From positions 119,224,310 to 119,288,309 of the forward strand of contig NC_068985.1 of NCBI RefSeq assembly GCF_001194135.2: DNA of 64,000 nt. Reading direction: 5' to 3'. Positions 38,190 through 50,930 of the stretch are shown in pieces. The notes beneath the pieces are model-generated. The model was not told the DNA's origin. It did not search any database and saw nothing but the letters and a program-made list of their open reading frames with translations. The position numbers and the translations under genes were made by a program. Source of the stretch: Octopus bimaculoides. Lineage: Eukaryota. Positions within the stretch are counted from its first letter, which is position 1; the number at the start of each line of letters is the position of its first letter.

Positions 38190-39911
38190 NNNNNNNNNNN
38201 NNNNNNNNNNNNNNNNNNNNNNNNNNNNNNNNNNNNNNNNNNNNNNNNNNNNNNNNNNNNNNNNNNNNNNNNNNNNNNNNNNNNNNNNNNNNNNNNNNNN
38301 NNNNNNNNNNNNNNNNNNNNNNNNNNNNNNNNNNNNNNNNNNNNNNNNNNNNNNNNNNNNNNNNNNNNNNNNNNNNNNNNNNNNNNNNNNNNNNNNNNNN
38401 NNNNNNNNNNNNNNNNNNNNNNNNNNNNNNNNNNNNNNNNNNNNNNNNNNNNNNNNNNNNNNNNNNNNNNNNNNNNNNNNNNNNNNNNNNNNNNNNNNNN
38501 NNNNNNNNNNNNNNNNNNNNNNNNNNNNNNNNNNNNNNNNNNNNNNNNNNNNNNNNNNNNNNNNNNNNNNNNNNNNNNNNNNNNNNNNNNNNNNNNNNNN
38601 NNNNNNNNNNNNNNNNNNNNNNNNNNNNNNNNNNNNNNNNNNNNNNNNNNNNNNNNNNNNNNNNNNNNNNNNNNNNNNNNNNNNNNNNNNNNNNNNNNNN
38701 NNNNNNNNNNNNNNNNNNNNNNNNNNNNNNNNNNNNNNNNNNNNNNNNNNNNNNNNNNNNNNNNNNNNNNNNNNNNNNNNNNNNNNNNNNNNNNNNNNNN
38801 NNNNNNNNNNNNNNNNNNNNNNNNNNNNNNNNNNNNNNNNNNNNNNNNNNNNNNNNNNNNNNNNNNNNNNNNNNNNNNNNNNNNNNNNNNNNNNNNNNNN
38901 NNNNNNNNNNNNNNNNNNNNNNNNNNNNNNNNNNNNNNNNNNNNNNNNNNNNNNNNNNNNNNNNNNNNNNNNNNNNNNNNNNNNNNNNNNNNNNNNNNNN
39001 NNNNNNNNNNNNNNNNNNNNNNNNNNNNNNNNNNNNNNNNNNNNNNNNNNNNNNNNNNNNNNNNNNNNNNNNNNNNNNNNNNNNNNNNNNNNNNNNNNNN
39101 NNNNNNNNNNNNNNNNNNNNNNNNNNNNNNNNNNNNNNNNNNTAAAAGCTACCACTGACGTTCAATTTCATATATTTATTTTTCTCGCGTGTGCATATAT
39201 ATATGTATATGTATGTGTGTGTGTGTGTGTGTTATTTCTTTACTACCCACAAGGGGCTACACACAGAGGGGACAGACAAACGGATTACGTCGATTATATC
39301 AACTCCCAGTGCAGGTTATTTTTTGAGAAGCGTTCCCCACTCGGTGGTGTTTCGGAGCAAGTCGTCCATATTTGTTTCATTTTTCTCTATTATGTGCGTA
39401 TGTGCATCCGTAGATTTCTAATGAAGTAATAGGCAGTGAAGAGAAGCCGTCATAAGAAAACTTGTTAAAAATAACATGCACACGATATTTTTTTCTCAAT
39501 AGAAGTAAATTCCAAAGTAAACGTTTCTAGTAGAAAAGTAGAAGAGAACAAGCAAAAATAGGAATATACACGCACAGTTAAATATAGAAACTATAAAGGG
39601 TAGACTCGGCGCAGTCACCCTGTCCCTTCCCCAATAATTTTAAAATGTTAGCTTTCCGAAACTTTTTTTTCAATATTGCAAAAACACGAAAATTAATAAA
39701 CAGAGAAAAAAGTACACAAGTATATTTTACATACCTGTCGTATACGTCGGTTTTGTTTTTTCCCTTTTAAAGGTAGATTAATCCCAACAAAATAACATAA
39801 GTTTAGTCACTGTTTCAGTACGTGTTTGTGTTCTTCATTGATCTTATGTGAAATCTTGTATTAGTTAAGAATGTTTGTTTAAAAAAAAAAGTATGTTATG
39901 TATATATGTAT

Positions 39912-40799
39912 TTAAAATGTGTATTGCTCAGCAATTTGAGCAAAGAGGTGCTCAAATAGTCTAATAGAGTACCTCTTCCGCCACATGAATTCAATTAAAT
40001 ACGTGGGAAACAACTCGGATGAGGTACTATAAAGTTGCTGATATTTTCGCTTAGCATGCGCCCACATTCCTTCTACATGATTTGTGTGTACACCTGTGGC
40101 TTCATCAACAAATGAAACTGAATGGTTTACCGTTAAATGCAGGAACCCTTGCTGCTGCAAATTACGATAACGTGCCCATTCATCTGTGAAAATGATGCTC
40201 CCTGGACGGACATGTTGCCGGATAATGGATTCCAAGGAATCCATGAACCGGCTATTATCCGGCCATATAGATAAGAAGCAATTGGTGGGATTGTCCAATT
40301 CAACCCCACCCAAGTGCCATCGTAGTGCGCACCCCGCCGATACTTTTGGTGCATAAATTTAGACTCATCGATGGCAACTACGACATCAGGGCCGCCAATC
40401 ATTAATGGATTATCAATTAGGTGTTGTGCCAGAATATCTCTGCAGAAATTGGCTCAATCCACCACAGTGGACCAACTCGCAATTTTTAGCTCGTGCATAA
40501 TTTTCTGCAAGGGTTCATCAATGGAACACCAATACTGAAAGAGCAGCAGTATTACTATTTTGGAAAAACGATCCTTTTCTAATGTAAAAGCATTTTCGAC
40601 ACTGTCGAGCAGTGCACTTCCAACTATACTCATCTTGAAGTCACGGAAATTTCACAAACGAACGATTGTGGCCACAGTCACAGACATGAGCTTCTGCTAA
40701 AAGTCCATATGATTTCAGCCATTCAATTAGATGGTCCTGGTCACAGCTGATTCCAAACAAATCCAATAGGCGGAATGGAGGACATTGCATGATATTCAT
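39912..40799 (-). pseudogene. Merlin/IS1595 (ISXO2-like) DDE transposase pseudogene, near full length
   Basis: ATG at 40799: MNIMQCPP..WLKSYGLLAEAHVCDCG..WKC..QCRK; then [72 protein letters not shown]. Stops and frameshifts present. Confidence 0.92.
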
Positions 40800-41384
40800 C
40801 TTGAAACCTTCCAAAGTGGCAACGGAATAAATTTTAGTGTTGTAATTTCCTAAGTGGTAACAAAATAAATTTTAGCGCGATCTCGGGTAGAGAAAAAAAT
40901 TAAAGTGAAAATTTTGGGGTTTCCAGTTAGACAGTGTAAAGTAGATTTCACCAGTCCTCAGTTAAACGATGATGATGATGATGACGATATATATATATAT
41001 GGTAGTAAGTAAATGTTTTAAAGATTTTCAAGAAAGTCAGTTTGTAGGAAGAAATGTTTGACTGTCCATCGCATTTGGAAAAGACTGACAGGTATTTGTA
41101 TGTATGTATTTATTTGTATGTATGTGTGTATTTGTACGTATGTATGTGTGTGTGTGTATATATAATATATATATATATAGTAGTAAGTAAATGTGTGAAA
41201 GAAGATTTTCCCAAAACTCTATTGAAAAACCTCACGGTTTGTAGGGAATAAAAGTTTGTCAATCGCATTTATGTATGTATCCCTGTATATATGTGAGATA
41301 ATAGTTTCAGTATTAAAGTGAAACTGTCTGACATTAGAATAGAGGTTATTGTTTCACTTTTGACACGTAGTACTGCAATAGTGG

Positions 41385-41555
41385 AGATGTAATATTGCAC
41401 TGGGCTCGCACTAGGCAAGAAGTTAAAAAGTTTTTTCGCCTAAAACACCACCTGGACCCTAAGTAAGGCATGTGTAAAATTTGAATGAAACTGGTTGTGT
41501 AGTTCTCGAGTTTTAGGGACTCACACACTCACAGACACACATTCTCATCTTTATA
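41385..41555 (+). mobile_element. Possible Helitron-like non-autonomous 3' fragment
   Basis: Ends in GTGTAAAATTTGAATGAAACTGG..GTAGTTCTCGAGTT..ATTCTCATCTTTATATATGTAGA, a terminus seen in invertebrate rolling-circle derivatives; recognition only. Confidence 0.35.
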
Positions 41556-42209
41556 TATGTAGACTGATTAAGAAGCTTTCTTTGCAACCATGTAGTTTTG
41601 GGTTCAGTCTCACTATATGGTATCTTGTGCAAGCGTCTTCTACTGTAACCCTGGGGCGTCCAATACGCTGTGAGTGAATTTAGAAGACGGAAACTGTGTG
41701 GTAGCTCTTGTGCGTGTGTATTATGTATAAGTGTTGGTCCCTAGCCTACCGATTGACAACAGGTTTTTGTTTATGTTCCTGTAACCTGCCGACAGAATAA
41801 ATAAGCCAGGCTTAAAAATGAGTACTGGGGTTGATTTGTTTGACAGTACCTTAACATGGGTACAGTTCAATGATTGAAACCACCGATTACAAATTGCACT
41901 TCCATATCAATATTTTACAGTTAGATGTGTAATTATTTAAAAATGTTACGTGTATAAATAAACTTTCAGAAAATTTCAAATCTTTCTTTTATATGGTTGG
42001 TTATTGTATTTGTATAAAAGAGTGTCTTCAATTATATACCATAGTTATCTCGGTACAACACTTAAAATATTTGTAGATAAGTTAGATTTCTATGAAATTG
42101 TAAAATTAAGGATTTTTTTTCTTTCAGCATAACTGTACCTTAGTTGTTCTTCAGTTGTAATATGTCCCTGGTGCCTTAAGGTTCTCCATAGTTATTCAGA
42201 AATAGCTGC

Positions 42210-42330
42210 TAGATTTCCTCAGCTCACGTCTTAAACATGCACATTGACTTGTTGACATATATGGAAGTAGATTTCCTCAGCTCACGTCTTAAACATGCAC
42301 ATTGACTTGTTGACATATATGGAAGTAGAT
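42210..42330. repeat. Perfect 58-bp tandem duplication
   Basis: TAGATTTCCTCAGC..ATATATGGAAG occurs twice, with TAGAT microhomology at the junctions. Confidence 0.95.
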
Positions 42331-42584
42331 GACTGGATGGTCACAACAAAAGCATCATTATTCATAAGTCTTAGGGCATACTTAGCTGTAAACAATGATG
42401 ATGATACAAGCTTGAGTTAAAGGAAGCAGTTCATTGAAACCAGTTTCAACCACTAACACACCGATAGGCATTCATGCATGTATGCAATGGCTGGCAAAAG
42501 TGAGTATGTGGAAGGGGTACTTTTAAGAATGGAATGAAAACAGGTGTGTGGCTATGGCATGGAGATTTTACAGAGAGAAAAGGT

Positions 42585-42930
42585 TGGAAGAAATAATGGT
42601 TTCAAATTCTGGCACAAGGCCAGCAATTTCCGGGAAGGGCATATGTCGATTACATCGACCTCAGTGTTCAACTGGTTATTTTATTGACTCCGAAAGGATG
42701 AAAGGCAAAGTCACCCTTAGCGGAATTTGAACTCGTGATGTAAAACTGGACGAAATGGCATTAAGCATTTTGCTCGGTACGCTAACAATACTACCAGCTT
42801 GCTACCCAGATAATAGTAGCAGTAATCTTGTCTGCTAAAGGCACAAGGTTTGAAATTTCTTTTGGGTGGGTGGGGAGGACTAGTCGATTACATCAACCCC
42901 CAGTGTTTCACTAGTACTTTATTGACCCTC
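42585..42930 (-). mobile_element. SINE family B (one near-complete copy plus a partial)
   Basis: CGAAAGGATGAAAGGCAAAGTCACCCTTAGCGGAATTTGAACTC. Confidence 0.8.
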
Positions 42931-43329
42931 AAAGGAAAATGTGAAGAGCTGGATCTGGCCAATTTGAACATGAAACTGGTGGAATATTTGAGCTGGATAT
43001 GGCTAGTTTAAATGCTAAAGGGTTAATAAAGATAGGTTTTAAACTTGCCCAACACCAGAGCTATTTAGATGCATACTCTGAAGCTTGTTGGAACTGTTCC
43101 TATTATTGGGGCAAGAGTTGACTGAACTCATTGTCTCAGTCTGACACAAGTACTTGGCCCTTGAGGGTATTTAGTGGAATCTTTTGTTAAAAGCATTAGT
43201 ACCAGGTCTCTAATCTGATAATTATCCCTAATCTTGAAAGGTTTTGAAGTAGGTTGTGACTGTTGTCCTTCTTCCTCTTATTTCAGACCTCTAGGATTTG
43301 GTTAGTTGATGCCTTGTTTTCTTTCTCTC

Positions 43330-43562
43330 TTTGACCCTTTAACTTTCAGATTACTCTGTAAAATGCAATGCTTATTTATTCACATTATTTTGAAATCAAT
43401 TGTGCACTATCTTGTGATTTTGAGATGTCAATTATGTGATTGTTTATTTTTAGAATTGCATTATTAGGTAAGTGCGTGAGACCAGATCTGACTGGTTTGA
43501 ACATAAAACCGGTAGAATATTTGGGTTGGATATGGCCAGTTTAAATGCTAGAGTGTTTAACA
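43330..43562. mobile_element. piggyBac-like MITE (TTAA-CCCTT termini), degenerate
   Basis: Left TTGACCCTTTAAC, right AATGCTAGAGTGTTTAA; cleaner ends AATGCTAAAGGGTTAA lie at ~43010 and ~45408. Confidence 0.5.
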
Positions 43563-43994
43563 GCTAATGGGTGTCTTGAAGAAAATTTGATTGCTTGTTA
43601 TGTCATTACTTACAATAGTAGTTCCCAACCATAATAGTTTCCTTGGGAAATGTTTGATAAATTTTCATGTCAATTTCTTAACTATAAAACTTTTTCGTTT
43701 TTATTAATTGAACTGTAGACAGTATGGTAGATGAATCAATTGAACTAAAGAAAATGTGCTTTTGACTTAGTACATTAAATACAAACTGAGAAATTGGGAA
43801 AAGAGTTTAGTGAAATCAATCACAATTAAAGATGAAATTCAATGACTTAGTTCTTGGTTCTCATGACTTGTGCAACTTTCTTTTTGAATGTGATCAATGG
43901 GTCTGACTGTATATAGATTCTGTCGATTTTTAGATTTTGTCTTGAGTGACAAAAGAGAACTGAGTCCTGCGATGGAATGAGGACACAGTTATCT

Positions 43995-44295
43995 TCTACA
44001 TGTTTTAGTCATTTCACTGTCACCATGCTGGGCCACTGCCTTGAATTTTTAGTTGAATGAATCAACTCCAGGCTTTTCTTGTGTCAAACCCATTAAGTTA
44101 CAGGGACATAAACACACTAACACCAGTTATCAAATGGTAGAGTGGGGGACAAAGACACACACGACTAGCTTCTTTCAGTTTCTGTCTACCAAATTCACTC
44201 GCAAGGCTTTGGTTGGCCTGCAACTACAGTAGAAGACACTTGCCCAAGTTGCCACACAGTGGGACTGAACCCGGAACCATGTGGTTGGGAAGAAA
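43995..44295 (-). mobile_element. SINE family A
   Basis: Reverse complement of the family A body and B-box (GGGACTGAACCC). Confidence 0.85.
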
Positions 44296-44664
44296 AGCTT
44301 CCTCGCAAGAGTTTTATCTACATCTGCAGAGTAATAAAGTTCTTGATGTGCTTAGCCATTTTAGCAATTTCTGGCCCAATAAGAGCAAGTTGAAAAAGTT
44401 TTTGAAAAATGTTTTTATGTTACATATTTTCCTCTCTGGCAATACACTCCTTGAGAAAAGATGACTTTCATGGTAAAACTGACTTCTGGGAAGCACTGTG
44501 GGTGTACATATGTATATAGGTGCACAAATGGACACCTCATCCCCACCTCCACACCTGCCCATCTTTCCCACTGCAGCTACCCTTTCCGTTCCTCCAGGAC
44601 AATGTCAATGTATAAACATTAGTATTGTCGTCTACACTCCTATGACCACTAAATTCTATCCTCA

Positions 44665-44769
44665 TGCATCACACCTCTCTCTCTCTCCTTCTCTCTCTCT
44701 CTCTCTCCTTCTCTCTCTCTCTCTCTCTCTCTCTCNNNNNNNNNNNNNNNNNNNNNNNNNNNNNNNNTC

Positions 44770-44811
<42 letters not shown>

Positions 44812-44815
44812 CTCT
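44665..44815. repeat. (CT)n microsatellite with gap
   Basis: Direct reading; similar tracts at 46410-46545 and 51494-51595. Confidence 0.95.
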
Positions 44816-46419
44816 CCTGAAGCTGACCCAAAAACTTCATCTCTCATTTTCTCTCCCATGTCAACTGCATCATCATTACTATCCTGATGCTGTTCTCTTC
44901 TTGCATCCATCTATCTCCCCAATTCAGGCACCACTGGCAATCTCCACCCCCGCACCCACTCTTCCAACCCTAGCCAGTCCTTGCTAATGTTACCTTCCTC
45001 TCCTTCACCATACACTCTTGCAAATCCCCACTCGCTCCTAGTTTCTTTGTCCCTGCTAACTTCTCATACTTTGAGGTTCCACCTGGATGTCTCATTGCCA
45101 TTCTCTTCAGCTATTACTGATTCATTTCTGTCTCTTCTAAATGTGTGTAGCCATGTCGCTCCCTTATCACAAGAACCCACTCTGCCCCATTCATGCCTTT
45201 TCATTCCTTAACTCTTATCTGCTAACTTGAAACCTCTCCCATTGGGTTTTGTAGGTTTTCAAGCTGAATACTAGCCTTAGTAGTGCTGTTGGCATGAGAA
45301 AAGCACCCAGTACACACTGTTAAGTGATTGGCATTAGGAAGGGCGTCATAAGGCATGATTAATTCAAGACAATGATTGAATAAACATTTTATTGAACAGA
45401 ATAATCTGAATGCTAAAGGGTTAAAATCAACGAGTGAAAGCAATACACAGTTGGCAAGACTAAAAGTAATCAATTCACTCACTCTTTCTCTTTTCTTTCC
45501 CCCATGGTAGTGTGGTTAAAATTTTACTTCATACCCATATGGTTTTGGGTCCAGTACTACTATATGGTACCTTGTGCAAGTTGCCCCAAGCCAACTGAAG
45601 TTTTGCGATAGTTTGGTAGACACACTGAAAGAAGCCCATTACATCTGTGTGTCTCCTTCTCTTGATATCACACAGTAATTCATGCAAAAACATTGTCCTT
45701 TTTTTTTGTGTAAAATCCATTCAGTTGTTGATCAGTTTGTGTTTGAACAACTAGAAGAAAGATCACAATGTTTGGAAACAGTTGACGATAGGTAACATGA
45801 AGAGGATCTATCCATAGAAAATTTACTTCAGTGAATTTCATGTGACCTGTACAAGCATGGTAAAGCAGATATTTAACCAATGATGATGATGATGATGATG
45901 ATGATACATTTAGAGGCAATGTAGTAGCATGATTGTTAATATGGGTGGGAAAATTCTTCAGCTGAGTGTTTAGTATTCTATATATAGAGTAGGGTTTCTT
46001 GTATTTAAAATGGTCAGTTGAAAAACTTTAACTGCAATTACCTCAGTAGGCAAACAGCTTAGTTCTTTTAAATCAAGTGCAATGTAGCAATGACATTTAT
46101 AGCTACATGAATGAGGTCATTGTAGAACATTATAGTCACCTATAGACATTTGTTGCAGTAGCAAGGTACATTGCAATCTAACATATAAGCACATGATAAT
46201 ATTTGATGAATATCAGTGGCTGGCAACAAAATTATCTTTATAGAGAAAAAATTTTCAGTTTTTGACAGCTATGACTATTTGCAACATAACAGCAATGTCA
46301 ATCTTATATGACTAGTTTTGTTTTGTAATGTGAAGGTGTATGGTTTAGTGGCTTGGATGTTGAACTACAGTCATAAATTCATGGTTTCAATTCCATGACT
46401 TAAGTAGTATGCTCTCTCT

Positions 46420-46463
<44 letters not shown>

Positions 46464-46474
46464 ATCTCTCTCTA

Positions 46475-46543
<69 letters not shown>

Positions 46544-46904
46544 NNNNNNNNNNNNNNNNNNNNNNNNNNNNNNNNNNNNNNNNNNNNNNNNNNNNNNNNN
46601 NNNNNNNNNNNNNNCGTTACCAATATAGCATAAGAGCTTACCTTAGGAGATCATTAATTAGATTCCTTAAGGGTCGTTCTCACAGTTTATATTTATATCA
46701 TAAGATTTTTAAACTTTTAAATTTTCGAAGTCTACTAGAGTAGATGCAAGTGCTAATACATGATTTATAAAAACATGTTACATATTAATAAAAATCTGTA
46801 AATGTATAACCATCCAGATCTCCGAGTACCTTATTTTTTCTTATATATAATACCTGTACATCATCTCCAAACTTTTATTTATATATATATATATAAATAA
46901 ATAT

Positions 46905-47390
46905 GGATAAAGACCACCTTTGGTCATGAATGACCATGGGATTGCACCTAGAAAGTTACTTTCCAAAGCACAAATTCAGGCAAGTTTGTTTATGGAAGAC
47001 CAGCAGTTGCCCATGCATACCAGCCTCCCCACTCCATGCCACTGATTTTGTCCAAAGGAAAGGCAACTTGGCACAACTTCTACAACTCATTTCTACAGCT
47101 GACTGAACTGGAGCAACCTGGTCCAGGAATTGAACTTCACCATGAAGGTGCATGGTTCAGTGGTTAGTGTCAGGCTCTCATTCATGGGATGGTGTGTTCG
47201 ATTCCCAGACTGGGCTATGTTGTGTTCTTGAGCAAGATATTTTTTCTCATTGCTGCAGTCCACTCAGCTATAGAAATGAATTGCGACCTCTCTCATGCCA
47301 AGCTGTATCGGCCTTTGCCTTTCCCTTGGATAGTATCGGTGGCATGGAAAGGCGGCCTTTATCTTTTTAATATGTATATACTTGCTTAAA
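46905..47390. mobile_element. Two head-to-head fragments of a third tRNA-derived SINE (family C, CORE-like)
   Basis: 46905-47130 (-) shares CTTTGGTCATGAATGACCATGGGATTGCACCTAGAAAGTT with 50590; 47150-47390 (+) has head TGGTTCAGTGG..GTTCGATTCC and TGTGTTCTTGAGCAAG. Confidence 0.75.
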
Positions 47391-47896
47391 AGCTGCATTC
47401 TGTGTGGACTTTTAAGCTAGCTTCTGTGGAGGGTTAATTCAGCCTGCAGCCCAAAACTAAAGAGAGCTAAATAGCATGACTATAATAGATCTATAATGAC
47501 GATATGCTCCAGTGGTGTTTGATCAGAAGTTAAGGACAGATAAGAATTAGTTCTGAAATGCAATCATTCTATTCCTCTAGTACCAAGTTGAATTCCAACT
47601 GTCGGCCAACTTATCCCAAAGTTATTATCCCAATGTAAAATTAACAAAGCAAATGTCATTTATATCCCCTTTGATCTCTGACGTCATCTAACAAACACCA
47701 ACCAAGCTTTTCCTGCTAGAAATAGCCACCCAAAGGCTTTTAAATCAGATCCCAATGTTGCTTGTTTAAGAACCAAATGAAGGGCGAATTTTTCAATCCC
47801 AGTATCATACTGATTCCAAAAAGGTACGTCTATGAAGAGCAAATATAGGCTGAAATACAGGGGTCCTGGATGGACAGCATTTTGTGTTTATTCATC

Positions 47897-48110
47897 ATCA
47901 TCATCATCGTTTAACGTCTGCTTTCCATGCTAGCATGGGTTGGCCGATTTGACTGAGGACTGGTGAAACCGGATGGCAACACCAGGCTCCAATCTGATTT
48001 GGCAGAGTTTCTACAGCTGGATGCCCTTCCTAACGCCAACCACTCAGAGTGTAGTGGGTGCTTTTACGTGTCACCCGCACGAAGGCCAGTCAGGCGGTAC
48101 TGGCAACGGC
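47897..48110 (-). mobile_element. RTE-type 3' end or RTE-tailed SINE with (GAT)n tail
   Basis: Near-identical inverted partner of 49830-50150. Confidence 0.85.
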
Positions 48111-48559
48111 AGATATATATAGATATATATGGAGAACGAGAGAAAGAACTTCAGTTCACATTACTCCAGGTCAGTCAGCTGAGAATGAGTACTGGCAACA
48201 ACTAGTACCCGTGGCCTCCAGCTTGAGGGAGAGTATTTTACTTTCGTTTACTTATATCTTATGAAAACTGTGATGAACTAATTAGTGTATTGGCTTGTGA
48301 CAAGCCTAAGTTTTTTAATCATACTAACTCTTGTACTGTCTGTGTCTTTTTTAGGTATTATATCTCTTTTAGATCTAGCTGTGTTCATGCTAGCCTCACT
48401 CGGGCATTCTGGACCCACTTGTCTCTCCTTTCATCACTCTTGTGTCTAACCACCTTGCACTCTTTGAAATGTCTCTCTGAAATAACCTACTTATGGAGAC
48501 TACAAAGCCATTGCCAGCAGGAAGTGACATGGCAGGCATTCTGACTGCGTCCATGTACC

Positions 48560-49100
48560 AAAATTTATCCAACAACTGATGAACAAGACCTTAAGCTCAA
48601 TTCAGATGGCTATGAGAAGCTACTGGAAATTGTGGTCAAACGCTGGCTGGAGAGAGTTGCTTCTGGAACGGTATATGTGTGGCAGCAGGATTCTGTTCTT
48701 TGTTATACTTCTAGAAAGAGTCAGGAATGGTTGTTGGAAAAGTTCTGTGACTTTACCAGCCCCAGATTTTGGCCTCATAATTCCTCTGATTATAATCCCA
48801 TGGATTACTATGCATGGGGCATGGTTGAAAAAAAAGGTACAAACTGCTCTGCTTGCAACACCACGGTTGAGCATGTGGCCAAGGTCAATGTGTTCGAAGC
48901 TCTTCACAGGGACACAGTGAGGAAAGCATGCACCAGGTTCCAGAGCTGCCTTGGGGCTGTGGTGGAAGCTGAGGGTGGCTACTTTGAGTAAACTTATTTT
49001 TCATCCATAATCGAGTTATTTGTTTATTTTTTTTAATATTTTTATTTTTGGATGGGATTTTTTATTTTTTTATGCAAACTGTCAAATTTGACCCAAACTC
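48560..49100 (+). mobile_element. maT/DD37D transposase 3' fragment
   Basis: ORF 48632-48991: VYVWQQD-x37-D (WPHNSSDYNPMDYYAWG)..VVEAEGGYFE*; the 37-residue spacing was counted by hand. Confidence 0.9.
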
Positions 49101-49829
49101 CTTGTATATTTTATTCTGCATGTATTGACTTAATAATGGTTCAAAAAGTAACATTGGCATGAATCTCTTTGGTCTAAGAAAGCCGGTGGAGGTCATGGGC
49201 ATTGCTCCTTCCTCCAGACCCAGTTAATCGAAAAGAAATCTTGGTGATATTTCTGGTAGTTCATTTATTTTCAAATTTTTTATAATCCAACTGGTAAACT
49301 GTAGTATTGTGTCTAGGATTACAGTCGGTCAATTATACTGTAATGTTTCTGGTAGTAAATAGTGTTTGGAATGAAGGTAAGGGAGATTGTTTCATGTTGT
49401 GTACTAACAGTCTCCTTAAGTTAGAGGATTTTAATGATGACCTTCAAGTGTCAAGCACGACTGGGTAGAATTACTCTATTGATAATAGCTTGTTAGTCAT
49501 ATACTTCCCAACTTTCATTATAAAGCAAAACTTTCAACTAACTCCCTTCCATGGATAAAGAAACAAAAAAAGACAATTTTAAAAAATTCAGGACATTTTG
49601 CTGTGATTTAAGTCAGCAGTCCCATTTTTCTTTTTATTGGTTAGCCCATGATTTTTTCCAAACTGTTGTTCAGATCGATCCCTTTGACAGAGCATGAGTG
49701 TGGAAGATATGTCCATTGTCTTTTACAAAGTTCAAAATGAGTCAGCTAATTATATAATTTTCTTGGTTGGAAATCTATTGTGCATTTAGCAGCTGTTTTA
49801 AAATTTATTTGATTTATTGTTAAATTGAT

Positions 49830-50150
49830 TATGTAAACGTTGCCAGTACCGCCTGACTGGCTCCCGTAGGATTTTCGAGCGAGATCGTTGCCAGTGCCCC
49901 TGGACTGGCTTGTGCAGGTGGCACATAAAAGACACCATTTCGAGCGTGGCCGTTTTCGTGCGGGTGACACGTAAAAGCACCCACTACACTCTCTGAGTGG
50001 TTGGTGTTAGGAAAGGCATCCAGCTGTAGAAACTCTGCCAAATTAGACTGGAGCCTGGTGTTGCCATCCGGTTTCACCAGTCCTCAGTCAAATCGTCCAA
50101 CCCATGCTAGCATGGAAAGCGGACGTTAAACGATGATGATGATGATGATG
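49830..50150 (+). mobile_element. RTE-type 3' end or RTE-tailed SINE with (GAT)n tail
   Basis: Longer copy with internal sub-repeats, ending GGACGTTAAACGATGATGATG. Confidence 0.85.
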
Positions 50151-50247
50151 ATATTACTCCTTTACTAGTTAGCTTCAGTGGTGTGACCAGGGTATTTGCC
50201 TTCAAGGTTTTTAAGTTGATCATATCAGATATGGATAGAGATATATC

Positions 50248-50570
50248 AGGTTCAGTCCCACTGCATGGCACCTTGGGCAAGTGTCTTCTACTATAGCCTC
50301 GGGCCGACCAGAGCCTTGAGTGGATTTGGTAGACAGAAACTGAAAGAAGCCCGTCGTATATATTTATATTTTGTGTGTCTGTGTTTGTCCCCCCAACATC
50401 AGTTGACAACTGATACTGGTGTGTTTACGTCCCCGTAACTTAGCAGTTTGGCAAAAGAGTCCGATAGAATAAGCACGAGGCTTACAAAGTCCTGGGGTTG
50501 ATTTGCTCACTAAAAGACGGTGCTCCAGCATGGCCACAGTTAAATGACAAACAAGTAAGAGTAAAAGAAT
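50248..50570 (+). mobile_element. SINE family A, 5'-truncated
   Basis: B-box through the 3' tail. Confidence 0.9.
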
Positions 50571-50589
50571 AATGCATACATGCATGCAT

Positions 50590-50930
50590 ACTTTAAAAAA
50601 AGCCCCCCTTTGGTCATGAATGACCATGGGATTGCACCTAGAAAGTTCCCGATGAGGCACAAGTCCAGGCAAGTTTGTTTTATGGAAGACCAACAATCGC
50701 CTGTGCATGCTAGCCTCCCCTCTCCATGCCACCAATGTTTTCCAAGGGAAAAGCAAAGGGGCCGATACAGCTTGGCACCAGTGATGTCACAACTCATTTC
50801 TACAGCTGAGTGAATTGGAGCAATGTGAAATGAAGTGCCTTGCTCAAGAGCACAACACACAGCCTAGTCCAGGAATGAGACCCACAACCACATGATTGGA
50901 AGCCCAATGCTCTAACCACTGAGCCACAGC
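50590..50930 (-). mobile_element. SINE family C, near full length
   Basis: tRNA-like head at 50870-50930 and CORE-like GTGCTCTTGAGCAAGGCACTT; another piece lies at 54900-55100. Confidence 0.8.

Noticed and set aside
39330-40950. TIRs and TSD for the Merlin transposase copy
   Set aside because: No convincing inverted pair was found by eye; the 5' end appears disrupted by a retroposon fragment at ~40946.
43350-43467. Exon-like segment with TTTCAG| and |GTAAGT
   Set aside because: It lies inside a MITE and has a stop in the required phase.
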